Shown here one piece after another: positions 24,754-38,062 of a DNA stretch of 64,000 bases. The notes beneath the pieces were generated by a model. That model searched no databases. It saw only the letters and a list, made by a program, of their open reading frames with translations, and was not told the origin of the DNA. Source of the DNA: Podarcis gaigeae. Lineage: Eukaryota. Positions within the stretch are counted from its first letter, which is position 1. Every line of letters starts with the position of its first letter. Location of the stretch: assembly GCA_964106915.2 (NCBI GenBank), contig OZ066914.1. One strand, 5' to 3'. Position numbers and translations under genes: made by a program.

Positions 24754-26643
24754 CTGTGGGAAGGGAAGAAACAACCGGCTGAGATTTGTTACCGGGACAC
24801 TAGTCAACATTTCCTGGCCACCTAGAAAAGAGAAACACCAAAGAGGCTTCCTGGATACGAAGCAGGCATTTATGAATACTATACAATATTTATTATTTGT
24901 GCATTTATCTAAAACATTTCCATCTCATCTTTCAGTCAGCAGACCCTCAAAGCATCCTATCAGAAGCTGGATAGAATTCATTCAGGAACAGACTTGATCA
25001 CCCAAAATACAGATGATTAACACAGCTACTGATACACAGATGTACAGATGTTCTCTACTGGTGAAGATGGGGCCATTGAGAACACTTTGAATCTGCTAGA
25101 CCTGTATCTGCCATTGCAGCATGTTTACAGTACAAACATTATTGCTGTAGTCCAGCTAGAGCAGCCTTCTCCAACCTGGTGCCCCCCAAATGTTGTCGGA
25201 CTCCAAGTCCCACCAGTCCCAACCAGCATGGCGAAAGATCTGTAGTTCAACAATACCTGGATGGTGTTTGGTTGGGGAAGGCTGAGGTGGAGTGAATGAT
25301 CCTGGTACAGAAGCACCTCTGCACACGTAACGTGCAAGGTTCCCCTTGAATTGTATCCAGGGGCATTGGCTAGGTATTTAAAATGCCTATTTGCATATGC
25401 TAATACATATGTATGCGTATTCATGGCTCTGGCTGTGAATATGGCTCTAACACTAACCCCAACCCCCCTCTTCAAACATATACACAGTTCTCCTTTCCTA
25501 TTCCATCCACCCCTATTCCATCAAGCTATTGCACATATTTACAAGTTCCTGTCACCAGTCAATACCACCTGCACTTGATATCTGTAACGGAGCGAGCCAG
25601 GCAGCAAATCACACAGGTCAAAGTTGGTGTTAACACTTTATTAGCAAAAATACAATCTTCACCGACTTGGCTGAGTGTCAGGCCTACTGAGCACACCAGC
25701 TCCTTCCTTGTAGGTCTTACTCCATGAAACCAGTTGCCAAGACTAAAGGTTCCCGCCTCCCCAAGCCATCTACTGGATGTCTTCTCCTCTCCAAGCAATC
25801 GGATACTACTTCTGCATGCAGCCTGCCTTTGCTTTGCACTTTTCATGCCGCTTGTGGTTCTGGAAGTCAGGGAGGGAGGGCGCTTGTTGCAGCAAGAGAG
25901 GGAGATCCCTGTGACTCTTCACCAGCCTGACTCATCTCTGCCCCTTGCCCTTTCCCACTTGCCTGCTTCAACTTCTGCCTGATTCTGGAGTACTGGAGGA
26001 GGAAAGGGGGGTGGGGGGAGTGTACCGCCCCCAGCACCATCAGGGAAGGGGGTACCATCACAACCACCCCCCAGACACATGCCGTGCATCCCCCCACCGC
26101 GCCAGGCACCATGCCCCTGTAGGCGCCACGCCACACCCCCAGGACTCACGCCACGCCCCTGGGACACGAGCCACACTCCTGCAGGCAGCACACCACATCC
26201 TCAGATGCATGCCACACCCTCGTGGGCGGTGTGCCACGCTCCTGGGATTCACGCCACACCATGCCACACCCCTGCAGGTGGTGTGCCACACCTCCGGGAT
26301 GCACACCACGCCCCCAGGACGTGCGCCAGCCATGCCCCCGCCTGCTCTCCACCCCCTGTGTCGGAGCATGCAGTTTTGCCACTGTTCTGGAGTTCTCTCT
26401 GCCACAGATTCTCCCAGTACATTAATTTTTCCAGAGTGCCTCTTTGTTGTCACATAAGTCTTCTACATCCGCACTGCACTGCTCAAAAAGAAGCAGCAGC
26501 AGCAGAACAAAACAAACCACAAAACACCAAGCCAACTGATGAATAGTTATTTTTGCAGATAACCAAATATGACTCGTCTCTAAGAACTGCCTATCTTGGG
26601 ACTGGTAAACCACTGCAACTCTATTATTTTCACTGGCAGGCAG

Positions 26644-26770
26644 CAGGGCTTTTTCCCCAGCCGGAACTCACTTCTGGCACCTCTCAGGTGGGCATCATTG
26701 CCACTTTAAGAGAACAAGGGAGGCGTTCATGGCGAGTTCTGGCACCTCTTTTTCTAGAAAAATAGCACCG
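26644..26770. mobile_element. hAT-type MITE
   Basis: cagggcttttt ... aaaaatagcaccg termini; perfect 8-bp TSD gcaggcag at 26636-26643 and 26771-26778. Confidence 0.82.
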
Positions 26771-28380
26771 GCAGGCAGTAATTGTTTAAAATTATTCCCA
26801 AGCTTGGAATGTTCATGAAGAAAACGCTGAAGGAAGAAATTGGCAAATGACTGGCAGACAGTCTCTTCTCTGATTGCAAAGTTTTGCAAGCTCCCCTTTC
26901 CAGATGAAGGGCTGGCCCAAGAATTGCAGCACTCCTTTTCATCCTTTGTGCAACTTGTGCTGGGGAAGCTGCACTCACCTTTGCAACCTGCAGAGAGTGC
27001 CCTCCAGCTGTCGCTGCTTCAGAGTCGCTTTCGCTGTCATACCTGAGAGAGCAGCTGTCTGCAAGGCCTCCGGCTTGAATTATAGCTTCAGCAATAGTTA
27101 ATACTTATGCAGGCAGTGGATAGAAACTCTTAGGGTAACAGATTATATTGATTAAAGTCTGCACCCCTATGGAAATGCCAATAATATCTGCTGATGCTAC
27201 AGGACTGCTAAAATGTGTGCGCAGCCCACAAAGAAAATATGCAATTAGTTCTTGGCATGGAACAACAGATTGCAAGGGCAGGGGAGTTGGCAAAGCGTTG
27301 ATTATGTGAAATATGTGAAGCCAGTTTAAATCTTCTCTCCCACTGTCCCCCTGGACCTGTCCTAGGGCACCTACTGTTACTCACAGTTAATTACATCACC
27401 ATTTTGAAAGACCCAAGTAATGACTTGAACCCTAACACCTGGATAGAGCAGTTTCCAATAACAGCAGGGGTTTCCAGCATGGTGCCCACGGACACCATAG
27501 CACCCATTAAAGATCACAATAAATATCTTCTCAAAAATCTACTGTGCATGAGAGACTGTTGTTTGCCCTTCCTGATCAGTTTCTGTCATCAATGAGCTAG
27601 ACTGCCCCTGAACATGGAGGTTCCATGTACTCTGTTCATCTAACTTTGTTGCCCCATTTAGCTGCCATGGTTTATAGATTTTGATAGAGCTATTTTTATA
27701 GGAACACCGATGTGTGAATCTACATTACATCAAATGTACGAAGCTAATGTGGATATATCAAAAATGAAAAATTTAGAAAAAGCGGCCCAAGGGCAGGGGA
27801 TAAATTCAGAATTCATATTTTCTAACTTCAGTTTTGATCTGTGGATGTCTAGTACACATCCAAACCCCCAGTCTGAGAGGATTTGAAAGCACGCGGATGC
27901 AATTTCTCTTTATGATTTTATGTGCCCTGAATACTTGAGGGAAACTTTTACCCCTTTCAGCCCGTTGCTTCTGCCTCACACAGCTCTTAGGGTGAATTTG
28001 TTCTTTTCCCTGTCTCAGCTCCATGTGCTTTGAACACCAGTCTGGGTGAAACAAAGGAGAATTCTTTTCCTTCAGCTCCTTCTTTTTGTACAAAATGCAT
28101 ATCTCTGAGTCCTGAAGGGAAGCCAGGAGGCCCCTAATGCTGCAAAGGGGCCTGACCTTCCCAGACCTTACTGTAATTCTATCACCATTGAAGGTTACAT
28201 CTGTTTCTACTGAAAATGTAACTCAGTCCAGCTGGTCTCTCTCCTGCCCCTTTTTCTGGCATGGCGAAGAATGGGATGGGGAAACCTCATGTATCAGGCT
28301 GTTTAAAGACACCAGAGTAGGCCTAATAACAAAACCATGACAGCCTGTGCTATCCCATTCATATCTTCTGTCAGGCAGAC

Positions 28381-28421
<41 letters not shown>

Positions 28422-28570
28422 GTGTTATTATTTTATTTGTACTCTGCCCATCTAACTTTGTTGCCCCAGCCACCCTGGACAGCTTTCAACAAAATATAAA
28501 AACACAGTAGAACATCAAACCTTAAAAACTTCCCTCTACAGGGCTGCCTTCAGATGTCTTCTAGAAGTCG
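28381..28570 (-). mobile_element. L2-type LINE 3' end with (TAA)n microsatellite
   Basis: reverse-complement similarity to 49770-49900; (TAA)n at 28381-28421. Confidence 0.7.
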
Positions 28571-30180
28571 TACTATTCATTTACTCATTCATTCATTTAA
28601 ATATTTCTAATCTGCAACATTTAAAATATATAATAAACTCAATCCACAAATATCCATAAAGTATTATTTGAAACACCATAGATGTTTGGTTAAAAAAGAG
28701 AAATCCATATTGCAAAGGCTTGCCTAAATAGTGCCATTTTCAGAAGGCAGGGATAGCTCCCTGCTGAACCTCCACTGGCAGGGAGTTCCACAGGGCAGAG
28801 ACTGTCATGCTAAAGATCTGGCCCTAGTGAAGGACAGCTGAACCTCAGGGGTGTGGGGAAGCACCAGAAGAGCAGTCTAGACTTTGAAGGCCCATCTTTG
28901 AAGAACTAAAGCTTTCGGAAGACCTAGGCACCCGCCCCTGGAGAAGCAAGAAGAAGCAATGGCAGCGGCTTCCAGTGAGATCTCGTGAGAGCTCCACAAA
29001 TCTCATGAGATCACACTGGAAGCCATCATTGCGCAATCCCAGCAAGCGAAGCTTTGGCAGGGTGGCAGCACTTTCCTGTTTCACATCAGGCGGCAAAATG
29101 GGACGGGGCTGTTGGTTGGTGTCGCAATATGATTGACTTTGTGAGTATAAAGAGTAAAGAACATGAAGATATAATGGTTGATAACCTATGCCCCCTCCCC
29201 GCCATGCTAATAAATCAGTCAGGAAAGTCTAGGAAGAAATCTCCAAGCACCAAGGCTGACAACTGAGGAGGGAGGGAAGTAAAACCTTGCTATAAAGATA
29301 TGGCTCCCGCATTTCCCTCCTGTTACGTACAAGCCATATCTCTGGGAAGAGATGAAGGACATTTTTCTAGAACCAAATGGAAAGGAACACAAAACCACAG
29401 CTACCCTGAACTCCAGATGGGTATGTGGGAGGTGGGATAAGATGGAGGCTGCTTCGATAAGGCACCTGCTTCAAATCAATCCACGGCAGGAAGATCTCAA
29501 GGCTCCCTCTCCTCCTACACAACCGTTGAACAACAACAACCCTGGCTAGGACACAGGGTGGGCAACCAGCCAGTCAGGGCCTTGAATGTACTAGACAAAC
29601 ATCCTGGGAACAGCTGAACTGTTTAAAATTGTGTCACTTTTATCTCTGTCTTCTGCGCTGAGTATTCAACAGAGCTAATCAGAATATAAGAAAGCATCCC
29701 TATTTTCCTTTTGTTGTGCAAACCGAAGAACTCCCCCCCTTTTTTTTAAGTGCTTGAAGAAAGAACAAGGGGAAAAGGAGGTTTCCCTTGCCTTTCATAA
29801 CTTCTCTGGAAAAGCAAGAGACAGCCTGGACAACTTGCAGTTGCAGTGTGCAGTATTCTGCTGAGGGTCCGCTGCTGTTGATGCCACTGTCCTGAGACCC
29901 TATACCTAGTTTGCCAATAGGCTTGTGGCCACTACTGTAATTGCCAAAAAGGCCCTGGGGCAAAACCATGCGATTCTGGGGCATCATGGGCAATTATAAT
30001 GGCAGCCACTGACACTAATATCACCACCACTGGCAGAAGGTCCCATTCACAGGCCCCTCGTTCCTCCTGGAAATAAACAGAAGGACAAAGCATCCTCAAC
30101 CACTTGGCAACATTGAGAGGGACGATCCACCAGCATGAGAGACATGACAAAGGAAGCCATATTTAGAGCACTGTAATCCT

Positions 30181-30544
30181 GGGACGCAGGTGGCGCTGTG
30201 GGTTAAAGCCTCAGCGCCTAGGACTTGCCGATCGAAAGGTCGGCGGTTCGAATCCCTGCGGCGGGGTGCGCTCCCGCTGCTCGGTCCCAGCGCATGCCAA
30301 CCTAGCAGTTCGAAAGCACCCCCGGGTGCAAGTAGATAAATAGGGACCGCTTACCAGCGGGAAGGTAAACGGCGTTTCCGTGTGCGGCTCTGGCTCGCCA
30401 GAGCAGCGATGTCACGCTGGCCATGTGACCCGGAAGTGTCTCCGGACAGCGCTGGCCCCTGGCCTCTTGAGTGAGATGGGCGCACAACCCCCGAGTCTGT
30501 CAAGACTGGCCCGTACGGGCAGGGGTACCTTTACCTTTACCTTT
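30181..30544 (+). mobile_element. full-length young Sauria SINE (second subfamily)
   Basis: intact A/B boxes, (ACCTTT)3 tail, taatcct TSD. Confidence 0.94.
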
Positions 30545-30913
30545 AATCCTGGAGTTGTACCTGCCCATATTAGGGCTCTGTAGATCTCTTGCTTTTTCAG
30601 CATGCCCAAGACTGCAAAAATGGAGGCTGTCAGAGAGGCTGTCACAATAAATGGTTCATGACTGGTGCTCAATTTGTTGCGTCACAAGTCGCTTGGTCTC
30701 ATGTAAGTATTTCAGGCCAAGCAGGCAGCTGCCTAAATGTACTCTTACTCTTCTAACTCCACCTGCAGCAGCATTTTTAAACATTCAATGCTAGTGGTTC
30801 TACTATAGGAATAGCTGGCTTTGCTATTGGATTAAACACATTTGCTGCTTGACTTGTAGCTACATAGTCATAGAAGAAAAAAGTACCGCGAGTTCATTTT
30901 CTGTTTCTAGATA

Positions 30914-31015
30914 CAGTCATACCTCGGGTTACAGATGCTCCAGGTTACAGATGCTCAGGTTATGGACTGCCGAAACCCGGAAGTACCGGAATGGGTTACT
31001 TCTGGGTTTTGGCCG
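30914..31015. mobile_element. Tc1/mariner (Tigger-like) MITE, one end only
   Basis: TA|cagtcatacctcgggttaca start, shared with the 31111 and 59279 elements. Confidence 0.65.
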
Positions 31016-31110
31016 TTATTTACAAAACCACTCATATAGAGATGCAAAGACCAGAAATGGTCAGAGTCAGCACCTGCTTTGAGAGTTGGCTTTATTCTCC
31101 CTACTGTATA

Positions 31111-31256
31111 CAGTGGTACCTCGGGTTACATACGCTTCAGGTTACAGACTCCGCTAACACAGAAATAGTGCTTCAGGTTAAGAACTTTGCTTCAGGATGA
31201 GAACAGAAATTGTGGACCTCTGGAACGAATTAAGTACTTAACCTGAGGTACCAATG
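31111..31256. mobile_element. Tc1/mariner (Tigger-like) MITE
   Basis: TA|cagtggtacctcgggtta ... taacctgaggtaccaatg|TA. Confidence 0.85.
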
Positions 31257-31336
31257 TACACTGAATTCTCATCCAGGTACACACTGGGTCTAAGAAGGCA
31301 GGATCAAAGTCACAAGTTCTTAGCAGGAGATTTAGT

Positions 31337-32112
31337 TCATAGAATCATAGAATCATAGAGTTGGAAGAGACCACAAGGGCCATCGAGTCCAACCCCCTGC
31401 TAAGCAGGAAACACCATCAGAGCACTCCTGACATATGGTTGTCAAGCCTCTGCTTAAAGACCTCCAAAGAAGGAGACTCCACCACACTCCTTGGCAGCAA
31501 ATTCCACTGTCGAACAGCTCTTACTGTCAGGAAGTTCTTCCTAATGTTTAGGTGGAATCTTCTTTCTTGTAGTTTGGATCCATTGTGGTCAACCAGGACT
31601 CCTAGATCCTTTTCACATGTACTGCTCTCAAGCCAGGTGTCACCCATCTTGTATTTGTGCCTCTCATTTTTTTTGCCCAAGTGCAATACTTTACATTTCT
31701 CCCTGTTATAATTCATCTTGTTTGTTTTGGCCCAGTTCTCTAATCTGTCAAGGTCGTTTTGAAGTGTGATCCTGTCCTCTGGGGTGTTAGCCACCCCTCC
31801 CAGTTTGGTGTCATCTGCAAATTTGATCAGGATGCCCTTGAGTCCATCATCCAAGTCGTTGATAAAGATGTTGAATAAGACTGGGCCCAAGACAGAACCC
31901 TGTGGCACCCCACTAGTCACTCTTCTCCAGGATGAAGAGGAACCATTGATGAGCACCCTTTGGGTTCAGTCAGTTAGCCAGTTACAAATCCACGGAGTGG
32001 TAGCATAGTCAAGACCGCATTTTACCAGCTTCTTTACAAGAATATCATGGGGCACCTTGTCAAATGCCTTGCTGAAATCAAGGTAGGCTACATCCACTGC
32101 GTTCCCGTCATC
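31337..32112 (-). mobile_element. 5'-truncated CR1 LINE, reverse transcriptase C-terminal fragment with internal deletion
   Basis: ORF 31417..31956 with GVPQGSVLGP and FADD RT motifs; CR1 3' UTR and (ATTCTATG)n tail. Confidence 0.95.
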
Positions 32113-33946
32113 ATTCAGCAGTTATATATTGTGGCATCATATACATATCATCAATACATATCATCAATTGCATAAGTTATTCAAGTATACCATTCAATCT
32201 CCCGCTACATTGAGAAGGAAAATGTGTGATTGTAAAGTGGGAAGGTGAGAGCTGATCAGTCAATGAATCCTTTGTGTCAGTATAGCGGCTACCCCATTTT
32301 CCTTGGGAGTAAAAAACAAATTTCCACAAAGAATGAAGTTGGCTAGTTCACACCAGCCTTACCCAATCTGGTGCCCCCCCCAGATGTTTTGGACTCACAA
32401 ATCCCATCAGCCCCAGCCAGAATAGCCCACAGTCAGGCTCCAAAACGCCTGAAGGGCTCCAGGTTGCAAAATGTTCACCTACACAAAAGCCCAACAGAAG
32501 GGTACAGATTCTCTGCAGGGTCCCCAGCCGTATAATGTCTGTCCTGTTTATATTTTAAATTGTGACTCAGTCATCTTATCAGTAGCCAAGAAACCACAAC
32601 ATCCTTATCCTCCCCATGTATTCCTCTGCGAAGAGCATGTTGCCCACAAGCTGAAATATTTGCAGGGGAAATATGGTGATTTTTCTTGCAGTTTGGGGTT
32701 TTTTTGGCACTCGAGTGGGAGTAGAGGGACAGGATGTGGCTTTATTCAAACAGCCTACAATAGCAAACATTCTACATTACAACAATAACTTGTCAGCACT
32801 GTAGGCCACATTCCAGCAAGTGTCAGCACTATGATATATTTGGTCACGTCTATGGGGAATTAGAAGTGAAAAACATATGCAGAGGAGTATAATGGATACG
32901 GATCTGTATCCCTTGAAAGGCAGGGCAAAACCACATTGTGGGTGTAGGCTTTGGCTGTGGGGTAATTCTCAGAACAGAACTACCATCTGGGCTTGCCGTA
33001 TGCCTGTGTTATCAGGGTGGGGGGACTTGTAACGATTGGCAAATGCTGTTTTAAAGCCCACTATGGAGATACATCGTCTGCTGCAAAGCCACAGTGCATT
33101 GCCTCTGAAACACAGTGCAGATCAACATGTTGAACGATGCGTTTACCATTATGCACTTACTCATTTGGGGGAAATCCTTTTTCATTTCCTGTATAGAAAA
33201 ACAATCTGGGCTGCTATGTCTTTTTTCTAGGCACCATTGCCTTCTAAAGCAACAGGACCGATCTAGCTCTTCTCTCCTTCCCTAAAATATATGCCTGGCT
33301 GCTTCCCATTTCTATGTCTCAGCTGATCCAGCCACACCAGTTACATTTGGGCATGCTGCTAATCAAATAGGCATTATCTGCATTTGTTTATTTATTTTTT
33401 GGTGATGGGCATCACTTCTGAAACTCATCCCACTGGACTTGCTGCCTTCTGCAAATGCTTGGCAAAAATGGTAACTCTTTACATGGTAGGTGTGCGTGAA
33501 TATGAGAAGCAGGGTTAAATTTCCCAACAGTGATCAGAATTTAGCTCCTATAAATAATCTCCGTAGGACAATATAGTTCAAGTACCTGAGACTTCCTTAA
33601 ATTCAGCTAAGGACTAAAGCCTTATGTGGATGCATGCAGAGCCCACCTGCAGTGAAGGAGGGGCGTGGCACTCACTAACTCCATCTCCTTCCTGGGCATA
33701 CCTCCGAGCCCTGATCACTCATTTGGGCTCTTCCCCACATGTAGAATGAATGCACTTATGAGAGATGGCAGCAGACTTCCACTCCTGCTGCTACATGGGC
33801 CCACGCACAAGCATACCCCAAAAGGATTCAGAATTCCTCGCTGCATGGAGCCCTGCCATCACACCTGTGCAGAGTGTGGTGATTGGCTTTTCATGGTGGA
33901 AATGGCAGCAGGTAGCGCCAGCTGCTGCCTACCACGCACATACTTA

Positions 33947-35084
33947 CAGTGGTGCCCCGCAAGACGAATGCCTCGCTAAACGAAAAACCCGCAAGACGAA
34001 AGGGTTTTCCGATTTTTTAGCGGCTTCGCAAGACGAATTTCCCTATGGGCTTGCTTCGCAAGACGAAAGCCCATAGGGAAATCTCCGGGGACAGCGGGGA
34101 AGCGCAGCGCGCCTTCTCCTCTGTTCCTGGACCTGTCCTAAGGCTTGCGGTGGGAGGTCCGGGAACAGAGGACAAGGTGCGAAGGGCTTCTCCTCTGTTC
34201 CTGGGGCTTGCGGTGGGAGGAGGGTTTTTCCTCCCCACCGCCAACATTCAGAACAGCATTCTGAATGTTGGCGGTGGGGAGGAAAGCCCTCCTCCCACCG
34301 CAAGCCTTCAGGACAGGTTCGGGAACAGAGGGGAAGGTGCGCAGCGCTTCTCCTCTGTTCCCAGACCTGTCTTGAAGACTTGCGGTGGGAGGAAGGTTTT
34401 CCTCCCCACCGCCAACATTCAGAAGGCTGTTCTGAAGGCTGGCGGTGGGAAGAAAAGCCCTTCTCCCCCCAGCCTTCAGAAGAGTTCCCGCCTAGGCTGC
34501 GGATAGCAGCCTGCTGCCCCACGCGAGGGGCGCTCTTAAGCAGAGCGCCCCTCGCGCGGGGCAGACATTCGCCGCTTGGGGAGCCCTGCAGGGGAAGTCT
34601 TGCAGGGCTCCCCAAGCTGCGAATGTCTGCCCCTCACGCGGGGCAGCAGGCTGCTATCCGCAGCTTGGAGAGCCCTCTGGACCTCTTCTGAAGGCGGGCG
34701 GGGGCAAAAGTCTTTGTCTCCCCTGCCTGCCTTCCCGGGGGATTTTAAAATGCTGGCGGGCGGCAGCGCTGCCACCCGCCAGCATTTTAAGATCGCCCCG
34801 GACAGCGGAGAAGTCCTCCGCTGTCCCGGGGTTTTTAAAATGCTGGCGGGCGGCAGCGAAGGAAGGCGGGGGGGAAGCAAAGACTTTCGCCCCCCCCCCC
34901 GTCGGCCTTCAGAAGAGGTCGGGGGACAGACTGTCCCCAGACCGGGTCTGAAGGCGGTTTCCATAGGAACGCATTGATTGATTTTCAATGCATTCCTATG
35001 GGAAACCGTGCTTCGCAAGACGAAAAACTCGCAAGACGAAAAGACTTGCGGAACGAATTAATTTCGTCTTGCGAGGCACCACTG
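33947..35084. mobile_element. 1.14-kb GC-rich non-autonomous Tc1/mariner (Tigger-like) element
   Basis: TA TSD; 22-bp TIR cagtggtgccccgcaagacgaa / ttcgtcttgcgaggcaccactg; repeated gcaagacgaa subterminal motifs; no transposase. Confidence 0.92.
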
Positions 35085-35787
35085 TATTCTATGCATGGAG
35101 AAGAGCCATAGCAAGCAAATAAGGCCCTTCTCTCCATGTGCTGGACATCACTCTGGAACAGGGGCCACTCTGGTAGATCCCAGGATGCATAGGCTCTGTC
35201 CAGTCATTGATAGCCACCAAATCAAGGGGTGCATGGAGCAATTATTGTGTGTCACCTCCTATGCAAACATGATGTTCAATGAGCTGATATTAAGAAGGCA
35301 AGAACCATTTGATCTTCCCTTGGATGCAGATTCTACACATTCTAGGGCTTAAGTTTAAAAAGATAAGCACTGCATAGCGAAACCTTTTCCTCCCCCAGCC
35401 AACCCAAGGATGTTCCCATTGTTTGTTCTCTTTCCCATCTTGCATAGTTTTTGAATAGAATAGCCTCATATCCTCCCTACCACATCACTGTTTTCTTTTA
35501 CCTAATTATGCCTGGCTTACTGCACAGGAATGCGATGTCTGTGAACTCCTGTGGGAACTCGCTGCTTAATTTGAGCCAGGGTGTGCCAGGTCTCACCCTT
35601 GAAATTTGTTTTCAATGCCAAGGCTCAGCCCCCAGAAAACGTGATATGTCATTATAATGTGTTTGCACTGGTTATCTCATGCTAAAGGAGAACTATCTCT
35701 CAGTTCCTGCTTCAAACACTTTCAAGCACTAATGGGACAGAGAGAAGTGTGGTGCCAGGTTTGTGTGTGTGCGCGGGGGGGGGGGTG

Positions 35788-35908
35788 TATCATAGAATCC
35801 CAGAGATGGAAAGGGATCCTCAGAATCATCTAGACCAACCCCCTATGCTGCTGTCCCATATAGGGATTGAATCTGCAACCTTGGTGTTATCAGCAACACA
35901 CTCTAACC
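35788..35908 (-). mobile_element. short SINE with tRNA-like head and CR1-type tail
   Basis: minus strand GGTTAGAG...GCTGATAAC...GATTCAATCCC followed by GGGTTGGTCTAGATGAT...ATTCTATGAT. Confidence 0.65.
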
Positions 35909-36184
35909 TTCTGGTAGAAGGAGCAAATTCAACAAAAGTCCCATGGATTTTGTGAATGAGCTAGGTTTGGGAGCATATCCAATTAGTTCCTTTTTGAGAA
36001 TACATTTATAGTGTGAATTGGCTTATCCAGCTCTTGTATTTTTGCCCGTAGTCCTCATTGTATCTATTAACTGGCTAAACACAAGTACATTTTCTTGACA
36101 CAATTCTTGCCCAACCTGAAATTAAAAAGTTACATCCCCTCCTCTGTTCTAGTGCACTATTAGGAATGACACCCAAGTCCGAAC

Positions 36185-36371
36185 CTGTGCATCTTCATAT
36201 GTGTACCTCCCTGGGTCTTTGACATTTTGGCTTGTTATCTCATAGCTGTGAGAGTCCAGGTTGATGGCACTCTGGGCCCCAGGAGCGAGGAACTCTTGCC
36301 AGATATCTTCCACTCTGGTAGCTACATCTTGCAATGGTTGTTTTTTCAGGTCTTGGACAGCCAACCAAAAC
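36185..36371 (-). CDS. RGS6: RGS6 exon (RGS domain) [62 protein letters not shown]
   Basis: 187 nt, tacag| and |gttcgg, phase 2-0; overlaps ORF 36149..36364. Confidence 0.97.
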
Positions 36372-37126
36372 CTGTATCAAGGGAAAAGACAGGGAAAATT
36401 CGTCTCAGAGATGTGCTTCAACCTGAGCTACCAAGGCACTGGCTAATCCCAGTCCTAGCTCCACTGAAAGTTACATTAAAGAAAATTCATTTATAGTACA
36501 GAAGCTAACATGTTATGCAGCCAATATTCAAATTATGTTAAACGCAACTCAGTTACACTAATCCAGCGGCTCGTGAAACAAACTTTGCAAGAACCAAAAT
36601 GTGATAGGTCTAACCACTAGGAAAGTGGTCGCAATTGTGGTGCATTTGAGTCTATTGTGGTTTGAGTCAACATGGAAATGCTGTTAATGTAGGAGATAAA
36701 TTGAGATGGAATGTACATTAAATCCAATGTGGAATTTACATTCATGTAAAGAACTGATAGAAAACACAGTGGATTTCTTTTATAAAAAACTTCATCTGTG
36801 AAATTGCCTTTATTCAAGATAGATACTACAATGTGCTCTATGTGGGGCTTTCCAAAGGCTGCAGTTAGGGCAGAATGCTGCAGCACAGTTGCTGACAGGA
36901 GTGAGGCCTTGCCAGCATATAACACCTATGTTCAGAGATCTGCACTGCTTGCCAATCTGAGACTCGCCCAAGTTCAAGGTGTTACTATTGATATGTAAAG
37001 CCCTTAACACCTTGGGACCAGTTTACCTATAAGATGGCCTAAACCAACAGGTGCCCAGTCAACCACTTCGACCGGCAGAATTGGCACTACTACAGGTGCC
37101 ATATAATACCCATTCTGCATTTAGTA

Positions 37127-37376
37127 ACAATAATAATTTTATCATTTATACCCCGCCCATCTGGCTGCATGTCCCCAGCCACTCTGGGCAGCTTATCCTT
37201 GACATCTGAAGAGAGGGTGTTCCACAAGTAGAGCACCACTGCCGAGAAGGTCCTCTGCCTGGTTCCCTGTAACTTCACTTCTCGCAGTGAGGGAGCTGCC
37301 AGAAGGCCCTTGGAGGAGGACCTCAGTGTCCAGGCTGAACAATGGGGGTGGAGATGCTCCTTCCATTATACTGAAC
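37127..37376 (-). mobile_element. L2-type LINE 3' fragment
   Basis: reverse complement of the family at 49480-49905 (ctggttccctgtaac, gccagaaggccc); other L2-like pieces flank it at ~36950-37110 and ~37395-37520. Confidence 0.75.
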
Positions 37377-37570
37377 AGAGAACTTGATCATTTAGTGCGG
37401 CAGCACCCCAGACTTTGGAACTCCCTGCCTGTTGAGATCAAGCAGGCGCCTTCACTGTACTCTTTTTGGCACCTGCTAAAAACATGCTTGTTTAGAAAAG
37501 TCTACACAGATGCCTAGAATGCCAAGGTAATTTTAATCTCTTTTAGTATTTTATCTTTTGTATGTTATAA

Positions 37571-37689
37571 AGTCATGCTGGCCACATGACCCAGAAGCTG
37601 TACACCGGCTCCCTCAGCCAGTAAAGCGAGATGAGCGCCGCAACCCCAGAGTCGGCCACGACTGGACCTAATGGTCAGAGGTCCCTTTA
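37571..37689 (+). mobile_element. Sauria SINE 3' fragment
   Basis: agtcatgctggccacatgaccc...aatggtcagaggtcccttta. Confidence 0.88.
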
Positions 37690-38062
37690 TGTTTTAAAGT
37701 AGGGTTATGATTTTTTTATTGATTTTACTGTTTTATCTTTTGTATGTAAACCACTTTTTTTTTTTTACAATCAAGCAGGGTATAAAATCTACGAAACAAA
37801 CAAATAATTTGTACATGTACATACACAATTTGCTGTTTTACACTGCGTGCCTGAGTTGCTTACTCCTTATAATGTGCTCATATGCTTGTCCAAGTGGATC
37901 AATATAAATCATCTGGAGCTGATAACACACCAGAGGAAACTCAAATGAGGCATTTACATTTTATCAATGCTTAACATGACATATCGATGCAACTGGATGT
38001 GTTCACACTGGTGTGGGGTGGATGTTGCCTACACATGCGTAACAAAAATATCCCCCTCCTAG

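Noticed and set aside
25945-26546. His/Pro-rich ORFs in a GC-rich tract (similar tracts near 46680-47020 and 48870-49225)
   Set aside because: Low-complexity (gccacacc-like) repeat-derived sequence with no splice or homology support; element boundaries could not be fixed.
34017-35018. Long overlapping ORFs (up to 190 aa) as a transposase or novel gene
   Set aside because: They arise from GC-rich palindromic sequence inside a MITE; no DDE/DDD or HTH motifs.
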